Made by a program: the position numbers and the translations under genes
The notes under the pieces: generated by a model
What the model was told of the DNA's origin: nothing
Database searches by the model: none
What the model saw: only the letters and a program-made list of their open reading frames with translations
From: a virus
Taxonomy: Duplodnaviria > Caudoviricetes
Length of the DNA stretch: 56,874 bases
Strand: one strand, 5' to 3'
Virus record (IMG/VR): IMGVR_UViG_3300045970_000182
Location: 1-56,874 of that record
Shown here: positions 38,841-47,804 of the stretch, piece by piece
How the letters are laid out: every line of letters starts with the position of its first letter
Numbering within the stretch: the stretch's first letter is position 1

Positions 38841-39287
38841 TCAACTACACCAATCGGACTTTGGACCTATTCCTGTATATGGCCGAGCAAGACTATTCTT
38901 AAGCAGTTCTGCGCCAACATCTACGTTAGCAATAACCACTATTCCGTCTATGCGGCCGCCATATTTGTCCCATTTAACATTCTTAACTGTCATTGTAGTT
39001 TCTTTACCAACCAACGTTTTAACAAATGCTTTTGCTTCTAACCCCTTAGCTTTCTCGGCAGGGCATTTAGCAAGATAGGAAGTTTCGGGAGTATCTATTC
39101 CCAATATTCTAATCGATACATTACACAAAGGGCAGGGTAATGCAAGGGTGGAACTTATTGTGTCACCATCTACTACAGCCCTGATTGGTAATACCAAGTT
39201 GGCGGCGGAAGCGCATACAGCAGATAAAAATGCAACAGTAACTAAAAACCTTTTCATAATACTCCTCGGCCAAAAATAAGCCCTCAT
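38841..39287 (-). CDS. secreted thermonuclease (SNase-like)
   Basis: Signal peptide; VVDGDT, IRILGIDTPE, DKYGGRI, LARPYTG. Confidence 0.88.
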   Translation of the reverse strand: MRAYFWPRSIMKRFLVTVAFLSAVCASAANLVLPIRAVVDGDTISSTLALPCPLCNVSIRILGIDTPETSYLAKCPAEKAKGLEAKAFVKTLVGKETTMTVKNVKWDKYGGRIDGIVVIANVDVGAELLKNSLARPYTGIGPKSDWCS

Positions 39288-39328
39288 GATATATATTTAT
39301 CATAAGGGCGTATTCGGAGTATTTCTAC

Positions 39329-39538
39329 TTACTTTGCAGCAGATGCTTTTACAACTGGAGCGGATGCTTTCTTAGCAACCTTAAGTTCTTTGGCTTTCTT
39401 TGCTGGTGCAGAAGCTTTAACAACTGGTGCGGAAGCTACCACAGCTGGTGCAGATGCCTTAGCGACGGGTGCTGTAACTTGTGCAGATGCGGCAAACGAT
39501 GCGGCCAAAACAGCCAATACTAAAAGAGATTTCTTCAT
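39329..39538 (-). CDS. small secreted Ala/Lys-rich protein with ASAP repeats
   Basis: Signal MKKSLLVLAVLAASFAASA; four ASAP units. Confidence 0.7.
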   Translation of the reverse strand: MKKSLLVLAVLAASFAASAQVTAPVAKASAPAVVASAPVVKASAPAKKAKELKVAKKASAPVVKASAAK

Positions 39539-39639
39539 AATGTTCCTTGATGTGTTAATGCGAGTAAATCGCGTAGTTATTATTTATGCCTTACATACGA
39601 TTATAACGTAATAATCACGATTGGGCAACCTATCCAATA

Positions 39640-39662
39640 TAGGCCCGCATAATGCGGGCCTA
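39640..39662. terminator. hairpin downstream of the DUF2828-like gene
   Basis: TAGGCCCGCAT/ATGCGGGCCTA inverted repeat. Confidence 0.55.
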
Positions 39663-39678
39663 TATGAACTCAACTTAC

Positions 39679-41115
39679 TTAAAAGTCGTAGCGTTCGACC
39701 ATTACAGTCTTCAACATAATGCTGATCGGTGTCATTTCTTCTCCACCTAACACTGACTTAACAATGCTTGGCGAGAATCCAGACACTAATGCAGCACCTA
39801 CCTTGTTGTAGGTAACCGGGCTGTTTCCAGCACGACCATTCAGATTCCAAAATACCACTTGTGGCACCTTGTAACCAGCTGCGGCATATTCTTGTTCGAT
39901 GAAGTCCATTGCGCTTACGCTAACAGATGAACCACCACTCGACATATATCCACGAACCTTACCTGATCCGCCTGTTGTTACACAAGCGTCGAATTCCATA
40001 TCTGACAAGATCAAGATCTTTGTAGGCATTTCTGCTTCCGAAACCTTGTGCTTTACTGCTGCATTCAAGATTAACTTAAATACCGCACCCAGATCTGTAT
40101 TCATAGACCAGTTGGAACGGGCCATTTGGTCGTAACGTTGTTCCAGCGTACCCTTCAAGTGCAGCATTTCTGGTGCACCAGAGAATGTAACGAACATATC
40201 CTTAAATACGCCGCCCATTCTTTCCGATGTATACAATCCCAAAGAGATCGCAACATCCATGGCAGTTACGCTTCCAGACACTGCTACACCACTCATCGAA
40301 CCCGATACGTCAACAACCGATAGGATGTTTTCGTCCGAACCTTCCAAATAGTTTGGCAATGCTGCCCATTGTGCGTTCGCAACAACCTTATCGCCGTTCT
40401 TCAACGAGCGGATAACGTCATATGGATACGCAACAGATGCGTTGATCTTTGCTTCGCCCGATACCAACTTTTCCTTGTAGACACCATACCCCTTCGGGTC
40501 GTGCTTCAAGAATGCCTTTTGGTAACGGCCAGCTGCTACAGACGGAACATGTGGGTAAACAATGTTTTCCCAATCACGAGCACACATCTTTTGTTCTACA
40601 GTTGTAGACATTCCAACCAATAACTTACGATATTGCTTAGGTGTCATACGCATATAGGCACGGATTTTGTTAGCTTCTGCACCTTGACGGGGCATCCACT
40701 TAGCGCATAAACCATCTTGCACGTCATTCAACGCGAAAGAGATCATACGCAACGCATCACGCTCCAAAGGAGTGCCAAATGTCACAAACAAGTCGTCCCA
40801 ACGACCAAGTTCCGGTACCTTCATCAACAGACGAGCTGCCAACTTTGGTTCAGTCTTAATCAAATGTGTAAACAACTTACGGAACGTATCGCGTTCACCT
40901 GCACCACCACGTGCATCACGTGCCCATTCAAGGACACGAACTGCTACTTCGGGGTCTTCTACCAACGCACCGACAAAGGTAGGTGTAATATCCTTACCAC
41001 GGCTTGCGCCGGCTAAGAAAAATAGGTCCACGTTCTTATTTAACGAGGATGCGTTTGTAACTGCGCCATTGGCTGTTACGGCTGTTGCGTTTACTGCTGC
41101 GAATAATGTGCTCAT
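39679..41115 (-). CDS. DUF2828-type protein: TROVE/Ro60-like helical domain plus vWA (MIDAS) domain
   Basis: TANGA, RDARGGAGER, GRWDDL, AKWMPR, DVSGSM (MIDAS), ILSDMEFD, VFWNL, VSGFSP. Confidence 0.85.
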   Translation of the reverse strand: MSTLFAAVNATAVTANGAVTNASSLNKNVDLFFLAGASRGKDITPTFVGALVEDPEVAVRVLEWARDARGGAGERDTFRKLFTHLIKTEPKLAARLLMKVPELGRWDDLFVTFGTPLERDALRMISFALNDVQDGLCAKWMPRQGAEANKIRAYMRMTPKQYRKLLVGMSTTVEQKMCARDWENIVYPHVPSVAAGRYQKAFLKHDPKGYGVYKEKLVSGEAKINASVAYPYDVIRSLKNGDKVVANAQWAALPNYLEGSDENILSVVDVSGSMSGVAVSGSVTAMDVAISLGLYTSERMGGVFKDMFVTFSGAPEMLHLKGTLEQRYDQMARSNWSMNTDLGAVFKLILNAAVKHKVSEAEMPTKILILSDMEFDACVTTGGSGKVRGYMSSGGSSVSVSAMDFIEQEYAAAGYKVPQVVFWNLNGRAGNSPVTYNKVGAALVSGFSPSIVKSVLGGEEMTPISIMLKTVMVERYDF

Positions 41116-41129
41116 TTTACTTTCTCCTT

Positions 41130-41165
41130 CAGAATTGTTAATCTACGTTTTGCTGTTCAAATTCT
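41130..41165 (-). ncRNA. CAGC-stem element A (minimal; abuts the RBS of the DUF2828-like gene)
   Basis: AGAATTT-GAA-CAGCAAAA...AATTCT-G, then AAGGAG. Confidence 0.6.
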
Positions 41166-41169
41166 TTAT

Positions 41170-41279
41170 CAAGATCGCTTTTCTCTTTTTGACCTGTGTG
41201 CTACCGTTACACTAATAACCCGGAATCGAACCGGTCCACTGGTTTGGATTTTAAGATTTATTTTTGCTGAAACGATCTT
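41170..41279 (-). ncRNA. CAGC-stem ncRNA B with permuted tRNA-like T and D arms (Y-RNA-like)
   Basis: AAGATCG-TTT-CAGCAAAA...CCGG-TTCGATT-CCGG...TA-GTGT-AACGGTA-GCAC...CGATCTT-G. Confidence 0.8.
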
Positions 41280-41293
41280 TTAAATATTAAAAA

Positions 41294-41390
41294 CAGACTA
41301 GCTTTTGGCGAGTTTTTACTTTCCCCTCCAGAAAGTTTCGATTAGGTTGCCCCAATCAGTGCTTATTTTATTTTAGGCTGTAACTAGTCT
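41294..41390 (-). ncRNA. CAGC-stem ncRNA C
   Basis: AGACTAG-TTA-CAGC...GATTGGG-GCAA-CCTAATC, ACTTTC/GAAAGT...CTAGTCT-G. Confidence 0.7.
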
Positions 41391-41401
41391 TTACAAACTG
41401 T

Positions 41402-41430
41402 AGTATAGTATAACAACATTACACTGTCAA
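41402..41430 (-). promoter_or_regulatory. sigma70 promoter for ncRNAs C-B-A and the DUF2828-like gene
   Basis: TTGACA-N17-TATACT. Confidence 0.8.
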
Positions 41431-41451
41431 CTATACCACACTTTATTTTAA

Positions 41452-41694
41452 CGGGATGGTGGAAACAAAAGTTTATTTTCTGGTCTACTGTATCCCCTGT
41501 ATAATGGTTCAGCTTCCATAGACCCTATCATCCGATTCGGCGGTGACCTAGTTCACTCTTATTTCTGTTGTGACCCCATATCAGCTTCGGCTGTATATTC
41601 GTTTCCTCTGCGCCTTATATTTCTATAAGGTAAAGTTTACTCAACCACATTCTACGAATTTAAGCAGTATATTTTAATATGCTGTAATCATCCC
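41452..41694 (-). ncRNA. CAGC-stem ncRNA D (about 243 nt)
   Basis: GGGATGA-TTA-CAGCA...CATCCC-G; internal hairpins (CCG-AAT-CGG, CAGC-CGAA-GCTG, CCTTATA-GAAA-TATAAGG). Confidence 0.7.
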
Positions 41695-41713
41695 TCTTAT
41701 CTTACAAGCTGCT

Positions 41714-41742
41714 ATTTTACAATAACAACTATAAAATGTCAA
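41714..41742 (-). promoter_or_regulatory. sigma70 promoter for ncRNA D
   Basis: TTGACA-N17-TAAAAT. Confidence 0.8.
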
Positions 41743-41748
41743 ATATAT

Positions 41749-42002
41749 CAGTATGGTGTAAGGGACAATATTGCTGTTCCTAAGAACCATATATTGCTAA
41801 CGAGGCCTTACCACCGTTTTGGAATTGTTAGCCACTGTCCGTGTGGTTTGATTGCACGCTAGTTAACTTCATAGCCTTCCTATTGGATAGGCTCCATTAC
41901 TTCGCCAATACTTCGCTTCAACGGGTTGCCCCTCTGCTATGTATCCTGTAAGCAATCACCATAGACATCTTTCGATGTAAGTTGTTTTGCTGCATCCATA
42001 CT
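41749..42002 (-). ncRNA. CAGC-stem ncRNA E (about 254 nt)
   Basis: AGTATGG-ATG-CAGCAAAA...CCATACT-G; internal hairpins (ACATC-GAAA-GATGT, GGG-GCAA-CCC), GCAATAT/ATATTGT helix. Confidence 0.7.
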
Positions 42003-42021
42003 TTAATGCTCTACAACGTGT

Positions 42022-42050
42022 ATTGTATAGTGTTTTTATTTATAAGTCAA
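42022..42050 (-). promoter_or_regulatory. sigma70 promoter for ncRNA E
   Basis: TTGACT-N17-TACAAT; the spacer contains TATAAATA. Confidence 0.75.
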
Positions 42051-42084
42051 CCTATTTTCTGTGCGAATATAGGGTAAAAAGAGC

Positions 42085-42816
42085 CTATTTTGTTAAATGA
42101 GCTAACTCTTTATCTATAAAATCAACCGCACGCTTGATAAGACGCCTATAATCGGGTGATTGGGTTCTTTCTGGGAACAAATCTGCAATTTCATATTTAA
42201 GTAGCAAATGATTCAAATCGTGCATAACCTTTGGTCGAGCTTGGTCGGGAGATTGTTTAAGTGCTCGTGGAATGATTGATGTTGATAATACATCCAACAC
42301 TTCTGTAAATCTTGCATTTATCTCGGCTGGTTGAGCACGATACTGGGCTGTACTATAAGGGTCTTCCTTACGATGCTCTTTCTTCCGTGGAGTAAAATAT
42401 CCTTTTGCATCGCCCGGAAAAAATCCCGATTTATATTCATCTAATGCGTGTCTTAGTTCATGAGTAATAGTTGTTCTCATTCTATCTGCATCTAAATAGT
42501 CGAGATTAAGCACTATGGTTTTGATAGATTCGTCCCACATTGCAAGAACTATGCCTTCGTACTTTTTACCGTTTGATTCTTTTGATCTCTCGATAAATGG
42601 TTCACCGCCCTGGAGTTCAAGTCCTACATTGTTTAATACTTCGATAGGTGTGTCAAATAGATCACCTATCTTTCCTAAACTAACTATTTCTTGTTCTTCG
42701 TCTGTATAGTCGGGTTCAGTAACAAAATAGTTCTGCAACTTTGCATAGACGGCAGAGGATAACGACACAAGTGCCCTATCTTCCTCTGTTGTCTCGAATA
42801 ATTCTTGCAGTCTCAT
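42085..42816 (-). CDS. zincin-like metallopeptidase with MRLQELFE N-terminus
   Basis: HELRH motif plus downstream Y...P.EINAR; GATAAATA upstream. Confidence 0.7.
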   Translation of the reverse strand: MRLQELFETTEEDRALVSLSSAVYAKLQNYFVTEPDYTDEEQEIVSLGKIGDLFDTPIEVLNNVGLELQGGEPFIERSKESNGKKYEGIVLAMWDESIKTIVLNLDYLDADRMRTTITHELRHALDEYKSGFFPGDAKGYFTPRKKEHRKEDPYSTAQYRAQPAEINARFTEVLDVLSTSIIPRALKQSPDQARPKVMHDLNHLLLKYEIADLFPERTQSPDYRRLIKRAVDFIDKELAHLTK

Positions 42817-42847
42817 AGCATATCCTTCAATATGCTATTTATCACAA

Positions 42848-43228
42848 CTATGCTACTGCGACACCTTTTAAAATGTCAATAACGGATGGACGCAATCTAT
42901 AGCTAATCATAATATCGCGCCGTTCAACACTCGTAAGTTTCATCCAACATTCAACATTTTCTTTATTGCCCCAAGACTGGCGTGGAGCAAAACCATCTAA
43001 CCAACATGCCAAATCACGAAATGTATCTGCTGTAAGCATTCTGTGTGCTCTGGCTACAGCACCAACAAAATCATTTGTCAGCACAGCCATACCAAAGCCG
43101 CCTGGTTCAATACCGTATGCCATATACATCCAAAGAGATTCCCTGAAGTCGATAGGCACTTCCGGATAGTAGTCCGCAAATGTCCTATCAAACCAGGGGT
43201 GCATCTTTCGATACGGTACGCTATCCAT
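42848..43228 (-). CDS. hypothetical protein
   Basis: GIEPGGFGMAVLTND...P..SWG motif; RBS. Confidence 0.65.
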   Translation of the reverse strand: MDSVPYRKMHPWFDRTFADYYPEVPIDFRESLWMYMAYGIEPGGFGMAVLTNDFVGAVARAHRMLTADTFRDLACWLDGFAPRQSWGNKENVECWMKLTSVERRDIMISYRLRPSVIDILKGVAVA

Positions 43229-43236
43229 TTTAGTCC

Positions 43237-43443
43237 TTAAATAATAGTTTCTGTTGCTGTTACTTGTTCAGTAGAGTAATATATAGCATACTCATCGGAT
43301 TTAGCACGATAGGAGTTATCAAACTTTACTTCGGCCTCAGCAACAGAGTCGGCATCCACTAACCGAGTAACGAATTTTTTTTCTTTAGAGAAATCGGACA
43401 TATACTCTTCTTTCTTAATATATCCGGTAACTAAATATAACAT
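43237..43443 (-). CDS. hypothetical protein
   Basis: 68-aa ORF with AAGGA RBS. Confidence 0.6.
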   Translation of the reverse strand: MLYLVTGYIKKEEYMSDFSKEKKFVTRLVDADSVAEAEVKFDNSYRAKSDEYAIYYSTEQVTATETII

Positions 43444-43539
43444 ATTAGTCCTTTGCTTTTAATAAAAATAGTGTAACATAAAAATAATAATATGTCTATA
43501 ATTATCACGGACATCCATGCCAATTAGGTAAATAATAAT

Positions 43540-44505
43540 ATGAATAATTATCTACTCAAACTTATATCTGTTTCCAAACAAAATAAATATACCAAAATAT
43601 ATCAACTTATTATCGAACGAGCGTTATTAAGAGTGTCTGGTATCGCCTCTAACTCTAATTATGTATTAAGGAAAGAAGCAACCCGAATATTAAACTGTCA
43701 TGTAGAGGGACACCATATTTTCCCAAGGTCGCTGTGTCAAACTCTGCAAGAACAAGATGATATTCATAACTATGCATTTCTTACGTTCAAAGAACATTTG
43801 CTCTGCCATAAACTGTTGGCTACCAAGATGCTCGATAGTACGCCGTTAAATTGTGCATTTTATGCAATGTTTACACGTCGAAATACAAAACAACAGTCCA
43901 GATTAATGACTCTTAGAGAAGCGGAATGGTTCAAACAAAATAGTATGCAGTCGTGGTCCCGCCCTGGAAAAGAAAACGGTATGTTTGGAAGAAAGCAAAC
44001 CGAAGATACAAAATTAAAGATATCGAGAAAGGCAACGGGACGGAAACCAACCAATACTTCACGAAAACTAATGAGTGATTCTCAACTAAAAAGAAGAGAG
44101 GAAAATGCATGGAATCAACTTATTAAAAACCCTGTCTATCAGAAATTTTCCGACTACAAAGATTTCTTATCTAAAATTAGCGAAGTCTATGAATCGTGTT
44201 ATAGACTACCTTTATTGATTTCGAAAACTATAGGAGCCACAGAATGTGGTGTAAAAACTGTACTAAAGGCACAAAAATTAGAATATATCACCGATCAACG
44301 ATTTAGTAAATTAATTAAAAATTATGGTGGCAAGTTTAAGTCATTCAATGAATATGAAGACTTAGTTCTTTACCACCATAATAACGGTCTTAGTTTCTCT
44401 CAAATAGCCGCAGAACTATCAGTTAATATGCATGGAGTATTGTCTGTATTAAATAATAGAGGTATAACCACGCATAAAGCTAAAACAGGGCCTAAGAAGA
44501 AATAG
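43540..44505 (+). mobile_element. HNH homing endonuclease with NUMOD3 and HTH motifs
   Basis: EGHHIFPRS...N...LTFKEHLLCHKLL, GKENGMFGRKQTEDTK, C-terminal SFSQIAAELSV. Confidence 0.82.
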
Positions 44506-45525
44506 TTATTGCCTTAATAAATATTTGTTAGATACCACCTTAAAACTTGCGTGGCACTCATTACAATTAAATACAAGGCCTTCTCTTTCACACCCGATCA
44601 TTCCCATAACAGATTTACCTTCAGCAAATAATAATAAATCATTAATAGTCTTATCGGATAAATCATATACCGAATTAAGTATAGGGACAGATGTCAACCC
44701 CAAGTGTTCTATTAATAATTTCTTCTCTGCAGGATATAAATATTCTTGTTTATCTATATCATAAATATCAAATACAACCAACATATGATCTTTTAATTGG
44801 TATATATTTCCCTGAATCCCTGGTCCTAAGATTTCTGATTGGATTGCTAAATTCCTGTTTAACGCTAATAATTTATTTTTCAAATCATACTTAATAGCAG
44901 TTTTCCACATTGTATTGTTTTCGTCTTCCTTTAAGTCGAGATTACGGCTGCAAACACCAAACTCACTGTCCATTAGATAAGCTGTAAGCGATGAGCCTTC
45001 ACATTTTTCAGACACCGACCAGGTGAATTTCTTTTCTTTCCAAAATTCAAGTTCTTTTGGTAGATTTTGAATTCTCTCTTGGTCAGTTTTAGGAATTCTC
45101 GACGGAAAGTTTCCGCGCACAAGTCCTGCAAGCTGAGCAGAGATAGGTGCTTCATATTTTTGAATGTTAAGCGGGAAAGATACATCCAATCCTTCAAACA
45201 GCATAGATTCTATGTTAGCGCAAGTTGGTTCGAGCGGTAGTAATAGACCTTGACTAAGCTGCTTTTTTAGCCGAATTGTGCGTAGTTTTTCGCCCTTAAC
45301 CCCGTTATACTCCCGCGGCTCTTTGCCTTTACACAAAAACGGCGCTAATTCGACGGGAATCCAGGAATCAGGTTCAGCATATACTACCAAATCACCGACC
45401 ACATATCTTCCTACCTGGTCAACAACCCACCAACCGTCCACCCGATACGCACAGATTAAATCTGCTTCGGGTATTGCTTGTATTTCTGCTATCTTTCTGA
45501 TAGTAGCCATTTTTCTTTCTGTCAT
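44506..45525 (-). CDS. RNA ligase (Rnl2/DRB0094-like family)
   Basis: N-terminal OB-like ATIRKI...VDGW.VV; motif I EKCEGSS, VCSRN, GPGIQGN, REGLV, FKVVSNKYL. Confidence 0.9.
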   Translation of the reverse strand: MTERKMATIRKIAEIQAIPEADLICAYRVDGWWVVDQVGRYVVGDLVVYAEPDSWIPVELAPFLCKGKEPREYNGVKGEKLRTIRLKKQLSQGLLLPLEPTCANIESMLFEGLDVSFPLNIQKYEAPISAQLAGLVRGNFPSRIPKTDQERIQNLPKELEFWKEKKFTWSVSEKCEGSSLTAYLMDSEFGVCSRNLDLKEDENNTMWKTAIKYDLKNKLLALNRNLAIQSEILGPGIQGNIYQLKDHMLVVFDIYDIDKQEYLYPAEKKLLIEHLGLTSVPILNSVYDLSDKTINDLLLFAEGKSVMGMIGCEREGLVFNCNECHASFKVVSNKYLLRQ

Positions 45526-45731
45526 TTTACCCCCTTTAATTTCTTTACTATATGCTCTGCTTCCCACTCTTCGAGTCCGTCGTTTAACCAACGCCGATAA
45601 TCCTCCAACGCCCACACAAATCTATCTGGCGTATATTCCGGTTTGTGTTCAACCAATACATCTAGCGCAGTGAGTGCTTTGCGATGTTGCTTCATTGATC
45701 CTGCAATATATTCTTTGCGGCGTGCAGCCAT
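45522..45731 (-). CDS. hypothetical protein
   Basis: 69-aa ORF overlapping the ligase start. Confidence 0.55.
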   Translation of the reverse strand: MAARRKEYIAGSMKQHRKALTALDVLVEHKPEYTPDRFVWALEDYRRWLNDGLEEWEAEHIVKKLKGVK

Positions 45732-45749
45732 GTCGCCTCATATGAGTCA

Positions 45750-45995
45750 TCATAATGTCCCATTTTTGCCGATCCTTTCTGCTATTTTCCATTTTATATA
45801 TTCCAGATGCTCATTAAACATAATAACATCCGGATACTTTGTATGCGCCTCTTCGAACTGTCGTCTGAGTGCTTCCAGTTCTTTCATTGTCTTTTTAGCA
45901 TACTCTATCTCGACATTATACGTTAGTCCGTTTGTACCCATTCTCGTATCCTTTCTTGAATGCGTCTCGTTCAAGTTCTTCGCCGCGCTGATCAT
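45750..45995 (-). CDS. hypothetical protein (start uncertain)
   Basis: ORF in operon. Confidence 0.45.
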   Translation of the reverse strand: MISAAKNLNETHSRKDTRMGTNGLTYNVEIEYAKKTMKELEALRRQFEEAHTKYPDVIMFNEHLEYIKWKIAERIGKNGTL

Positions 45996-46515
45996 ATATC
46001 TGTTGAAACGGTTCCTTTCTCAAACCAGAATCATATCCCTGATCATACGGTGTTTTCATGCCTGCATTGGCTGTGCCTCTTGCCGGCTTCTTTGCTACCC
46101 ATAAATGTTTATTCTTATCCATAAATTCTTGGTCCTCTTTATTCATTATGCTCTTACGCTTACCGTTACATGTTTCGCAGCCAGGGCGTAAGTTTTCAAC
46201 ATCATTTAATCCACCTAAACTGACAGGTACAATATGATCCCGTGTCATCATAACAAGCGACTTGCCTGTATGAGCAAATAGCTCTAATACCGGCCGTTTA
46301 TTCCGATCATTCTTGTGATGTTTCACTATAAATCTATCAGCCTCAACACCGCAATGCCAGCATTTTAGCGGAGCATTTGTTTCTCTGCAAGTTTTCCACA
46401 GAGCTACACCACTCGGGGCTGATACTTTTTGTCCATCTACTTCGCGATCTTCCCTGTGAGCTTTAAGGACCTTAAATCCTTCATCCAGCGATAATTCTTT
46501 ATAAAAAATAAACAT
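45916..46515 (-). CDS. HNH nuclease-domain protein
   Basis: CWHCG...MTRDHIVPVSLGG.NDVENLRPGCETCNGKR. Confidence 0.8.
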   Translation of the reverse strand: MFIFYKELSLDEGFKVLKAHREDREVDGQKVSAPSGVALWKTCRETNAPLKCWHCGVEADRFIVKHHKNDRNKRPVLELFAHTGKSLVMMTRDHIVPVSLGGLNDVENLRPGCETCNGKRKSIMNKEDQEFMDKNKHLWVAKKPARGTANAGMKTPYDQGYDSGLRKEPFQQIYDQRGEELERDAFKKGYENGYKRTNV

Positions 46516-46516
46516 G

Positions 46517-46921
46517 TTAGCTTCTCTTATTTGGACCTTCCGGAACATCTGTTATAAACTCGCCGAACTTTAACTTAAATGCTAATGCATCTTCTTCGTT
46601 GCTAAAATGGAACCTAAGCCAGTATTGATATACCACAGTGCTATGTTCCCAATCAGTTTCATCTTTTCCATAATATCTTCTATACGATCTATCAACCTGA
46701 TCATATATGACTGTTTCAAGCAAGGTTTCTACCCATTTGCGTATTTGTATCTGTGTTACAGATTGTAAGTCATCTTTTTTTATTCCTAACACATACGGAT
46801 ACTGCGGGCTTGGCCAGTCATATTTCCACCTCCCTTGAGCGCTGGTGTTAGACCACCTGGCATCTTCAAAATACCAGGCCGAGTTGTCATTTATTTCATT
46901 TATCGATAGTAAGTTGCTCAT
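46517..46921 (-). CDS. hypothetical protein
   Basis: 134-aa ORF; FSNEEDALAFKLKF motif. Confidence 0.6.
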   Translation of the reverse strand: MSNLLSINEINDNSAWYFEDARWSNTSAQGRWKYDWPSPQYPYVLGIKKDDLQSVTQIQIRKWVETLLETVIYDQVDRSYRRYYGKDETDWEHSTVVYQYWLRFHFSNEEDALAFKLKFGEFITDVPEGPNKRS

Positions 46922-47154
46922 ACAATATGATTTTCAATTCTTGAGCCGGATAACAAACACAGCATTATTAAATCTTCTTCATCGCACATAATCTCCCAAT
47001 GATGATTCGCATCAGATTTAGAATATGAACCTCGAAGCCATTTACAGTTCTCATATGGTATCCCGGCGCGCCAGAATTTATGACGATGATCTTTTATACT
47101 AGCAATGTGGTGCATTCCGGGAGGAATAGATAACGCAACTGTGTATTTGCTCAT
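46918..47154 (-). CDS. hypothetical protein
   Basis: 78-aa ORF overlapping the next gene. Confidence 0.55.
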   Translation of the reverse strand: MSKYTVALSIPPGMHHIASIKDHRHKFWRAGIPYENCKWLRGSYSKSDANHHWEIMCDEEDLIMLCLLSGSRIENHIV

Positions 47155-47403
47155 ACAGCTATTATAAACGAAGACACCGCTTAAAGCAAGCGGTGTTATT
47201 AAGTAAAAGAAACTTACTTCTTTTTAGCTACAGGTGCTACCTTTGTAACAGGCAGTTCGTAATATGCCCATTTTTCCCGTATTATCCTCATTCACTGCTG
47301 CCCACTTCTTTACTCTTGCCCGTTGTGCTTCCGTATCCATATGTGTCCTTTCTGTGTTAGACAATCGTATTGTATATTGTTGTTTGTGTAAAAACAACCG
47401 AAA

Positions 47404-47796
47404 TCAAAATAGCTTTAGGTGGCCAGTGATTTTGTTGATTTCTTCGTCGTTATCGGGGCCTATTCCTACAGCAGTTAAGGTAGGAACACCGTTAAACTCT
47501 GTTAGGCCTGCATCTTGTATTAGTGAACAAGCTAAACCGGCAGCTTTTGCTGCATTATGTAATGCTATTAGTTCGTCGTCGGTTTCAACATAAGCAGTAA
47601 TCTTAGTAAATCGACCAAGTAACCAATCCTTAACAAACGGGTTAGATAGAGGGATAACAAGTTCATTATTTTTATATTGTCCGAGTGATAGGAAGGCCCC
47701 GAGACTGGCGTGGGCGCCTTGCGAAATGTACTTTCCGGTGCGCATGTTGCGTTCCTTAGGAAACTTTCTCATCACTAATACTTGTTTGCTGCTCAT
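47404..47796 (-). CDS. peptidyl-tRNA hydrolase, Pth2 family
   Basis: KQVLVMR, GKYISQGAHAS, KI, IQDAGLTEF, TAVGIGP, ITGHLKL. Confidence 0.92.
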   Translation of the reverse strand: MSSKQVLVMRKFPKERNMRTGKYISQGAHASLGAFLSLGQYKNNELVIPLSNPFVKDWLLGRFTKITAYVETDDELIALHNAAKAAGLACSLIQDAGLTEFNGVPTLTAVGIGPDNDEEINKITGHLKLF

Positions 47797-47804
47797 GGTG
47801 TTAT

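Noticed and set aside
41130-42002. CRISPR array interpretation of the repeated upstream elements
   Set aside because: No identical direct repeats or uniform spacers; only the pairing pattern and CAGC are conserved, and no cas genes are present
47214-47340. Short ORF MDTEAQRARVKKW... with a possible frameshifted tail
   Set aside because: It has an RBS and an upstream promoter-like sequence, but only 38 codons and an ambiguous frame; too weak to call
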